Assembly: GCA_001244265.2 (NCBI GenBank)
Contig: CDLV01000015.1
Coordinates: 310,001 to 374,000 of the forward strand
Reading direction: 5' to 3'
From: Microbotryum violaceum
Taxonomy: Eukaryota
DNA: 64,000 nt
Shown piece after piece: positions 62,747 through 64,000 of this stretch. A program made the translations under genes and the position numbers. How positions within the stretch are numbered: position 1 is the stretch's first letter; the number at the start of each line of letters is the position of its first letter. Below the pieces are notes generated by a model that was given only the letters and a program-made list of their open reading frames with translations, was not told the DNA's origin and searched no databases.

Positions 62747-63678
62747 CTACCACTTCTTGTACGGCAACCATTTCCCCACGAACGTCAACTTGACCCGATC
62801 TGCGCCTTCCTCATTGACCTTCTCGACGTTGGCACGGAAGTCGATCGCGGACATGATGCCGTCGCCGAACTTTTCATGGATGACGGATTTGAGAGGGTAG
62901 CCGTAGACGAGGATGACTTGTGGAGAGGGGGAGAGAGAGAGTCAGATCCAAGCGTGTGCTCCATGAGGTTTTTGTAGAATTGTCGTACGTACTCTCGTAG
63001 AGGCGGTACAAAAGCGCATCCGTAGGTGGCGTAACGCCCAGACCTCGCTCGGGGTAAAAGTGCTCTCCCATCGTCGAGACGAGTGACTGCACGGTATCAC
63101 CAACCAATACACAATCAATTCCATTCAGTTTTAGCGGGTCGAAAAAAGAAGAATGAACCTTTGACTTTGTTACACGTACGTTGTGGTCAACTCCCAAACA
63201 TTTCGACAAGCCCTCGAGGTCCTCCTTGGTTGGTTTGGCCTGTTAGTCGAAGAGCATTGAGTCGAGGTGCAGAGAGGAATGGCATGTCAGCTGTACCCGA
63301 GTCGAATTGATTGAGCCAACACTGTTTTCCCTGACCTGACCGTAAAACACTGCGGCTACGTAAACCTCGTTGCGGCCAAGGTCCTTCGCGATTTGATCGA
63401 AGGTGAGCCCTGCTCGAGTTCAAGCGACGTCCACAGCTCAGCACTGAAGCTTTGGCCAAGTCATCAAGACTGCACGACGTCCAGTTCCTCACCTTTAGCA
63501 GCTTTAGCCTCGAACAGAGACTGAGTAGAAAAGCGAAACCACTTGAATCAGCATCATCAGGTTTTTGTGAGCTCGTGTTCGGAGAAAGCGGTCGACCAGA
63601 TCGCGCTCGATCGCCACCACACAAAGTGGGGCTCACCTGGTTCGCGGAAGCGAGTGAGTTGATCACGGAAGCTGACAT
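62747..63678 (-). CDS. CYN1: Cyanate hydratase (cyanase)
   Basis: [66 protein letters not shown]. Confidence 0.95.
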
Positions 63679-64000
63679 GGTGGATGATTCGGAGAGGTAG
63701 AAAGAACTTCTTCGATTGATGCTGTTTTAGGGTCTTAGGTCCTGGAATCGGGTTCTCCGATAGTGCGCGCGACGTGTAGGAGACGGTGAGTGAAGCACAC
63801 GGAGACGGTCGCCGCGATCGCGACGTCACCCTGCTCGGTCTTGCGACGAAAAGACCGAGCAGTGCCCCGCTTCGCCACTTCAGATCGAAGCTTTGGTAGG
63901 TATTGTATTGCCGTCAACCACCTACTCATGAAAGTCCGACGTCACTCGTCCTGGTCTTGTAAATCTTTAGAATAGTTAACCACTTTCGATGATCTTCAGA

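Noticed and set aside
62747-63678. Cyanase as a recent bacterial horizontal transfer
   Set aside because: Several spliceosomal introns, fungal-type sequence, and no adjacent carbonic anhydrase seen in the window

Overview
Gene-dense, intron-rich fungal DNA. Short GT-AG introns with CTRAC branch sites and the gene content suggest a basidiomycete, probably a Pucciniomycotina/Microbotryomycetes yeast or smut (inference). About 25 spliced host genes can be reconstructed: GDP-mannose 4,6-dehydratase, two dienelactone hydrolases, JJJ1-like and Ydj1-like DnaJs, an RS-domain cyclophilin, TAM41, a small Grg1-like gene, ornithine N5-monooxygenase (sid1/sidA), a GH5 mannanase-like enzyme, NDUFS5, a GPI-type protein, an APC permease, RAD4/XPC, a MOSC protein, RPS6/RPS13, SPC2, a ferric reductase, a GH47 EDEM/Mnl1-like mannosidase, a zf-C3HC protein, a GH28 polygalacturonase, HSBP1 and cyanase. 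The standout is a 5.6-kb L1/Tx1-type non-LTR retrotransposon (4020-9591). Its 5' end is fused to an inverted copy of its own last ~273 nt, so the unit has long inverted termini with A-rich tails pointing outward on both sides and no visible TSD. Its eight frameshifts are each repaired by adding one C, and the same error occurs in a host gene, so the element is probably intact and the shifts are assembly errors. Exon boundaries were read by eye and gene coordinates are start-to-stop spans including introns.
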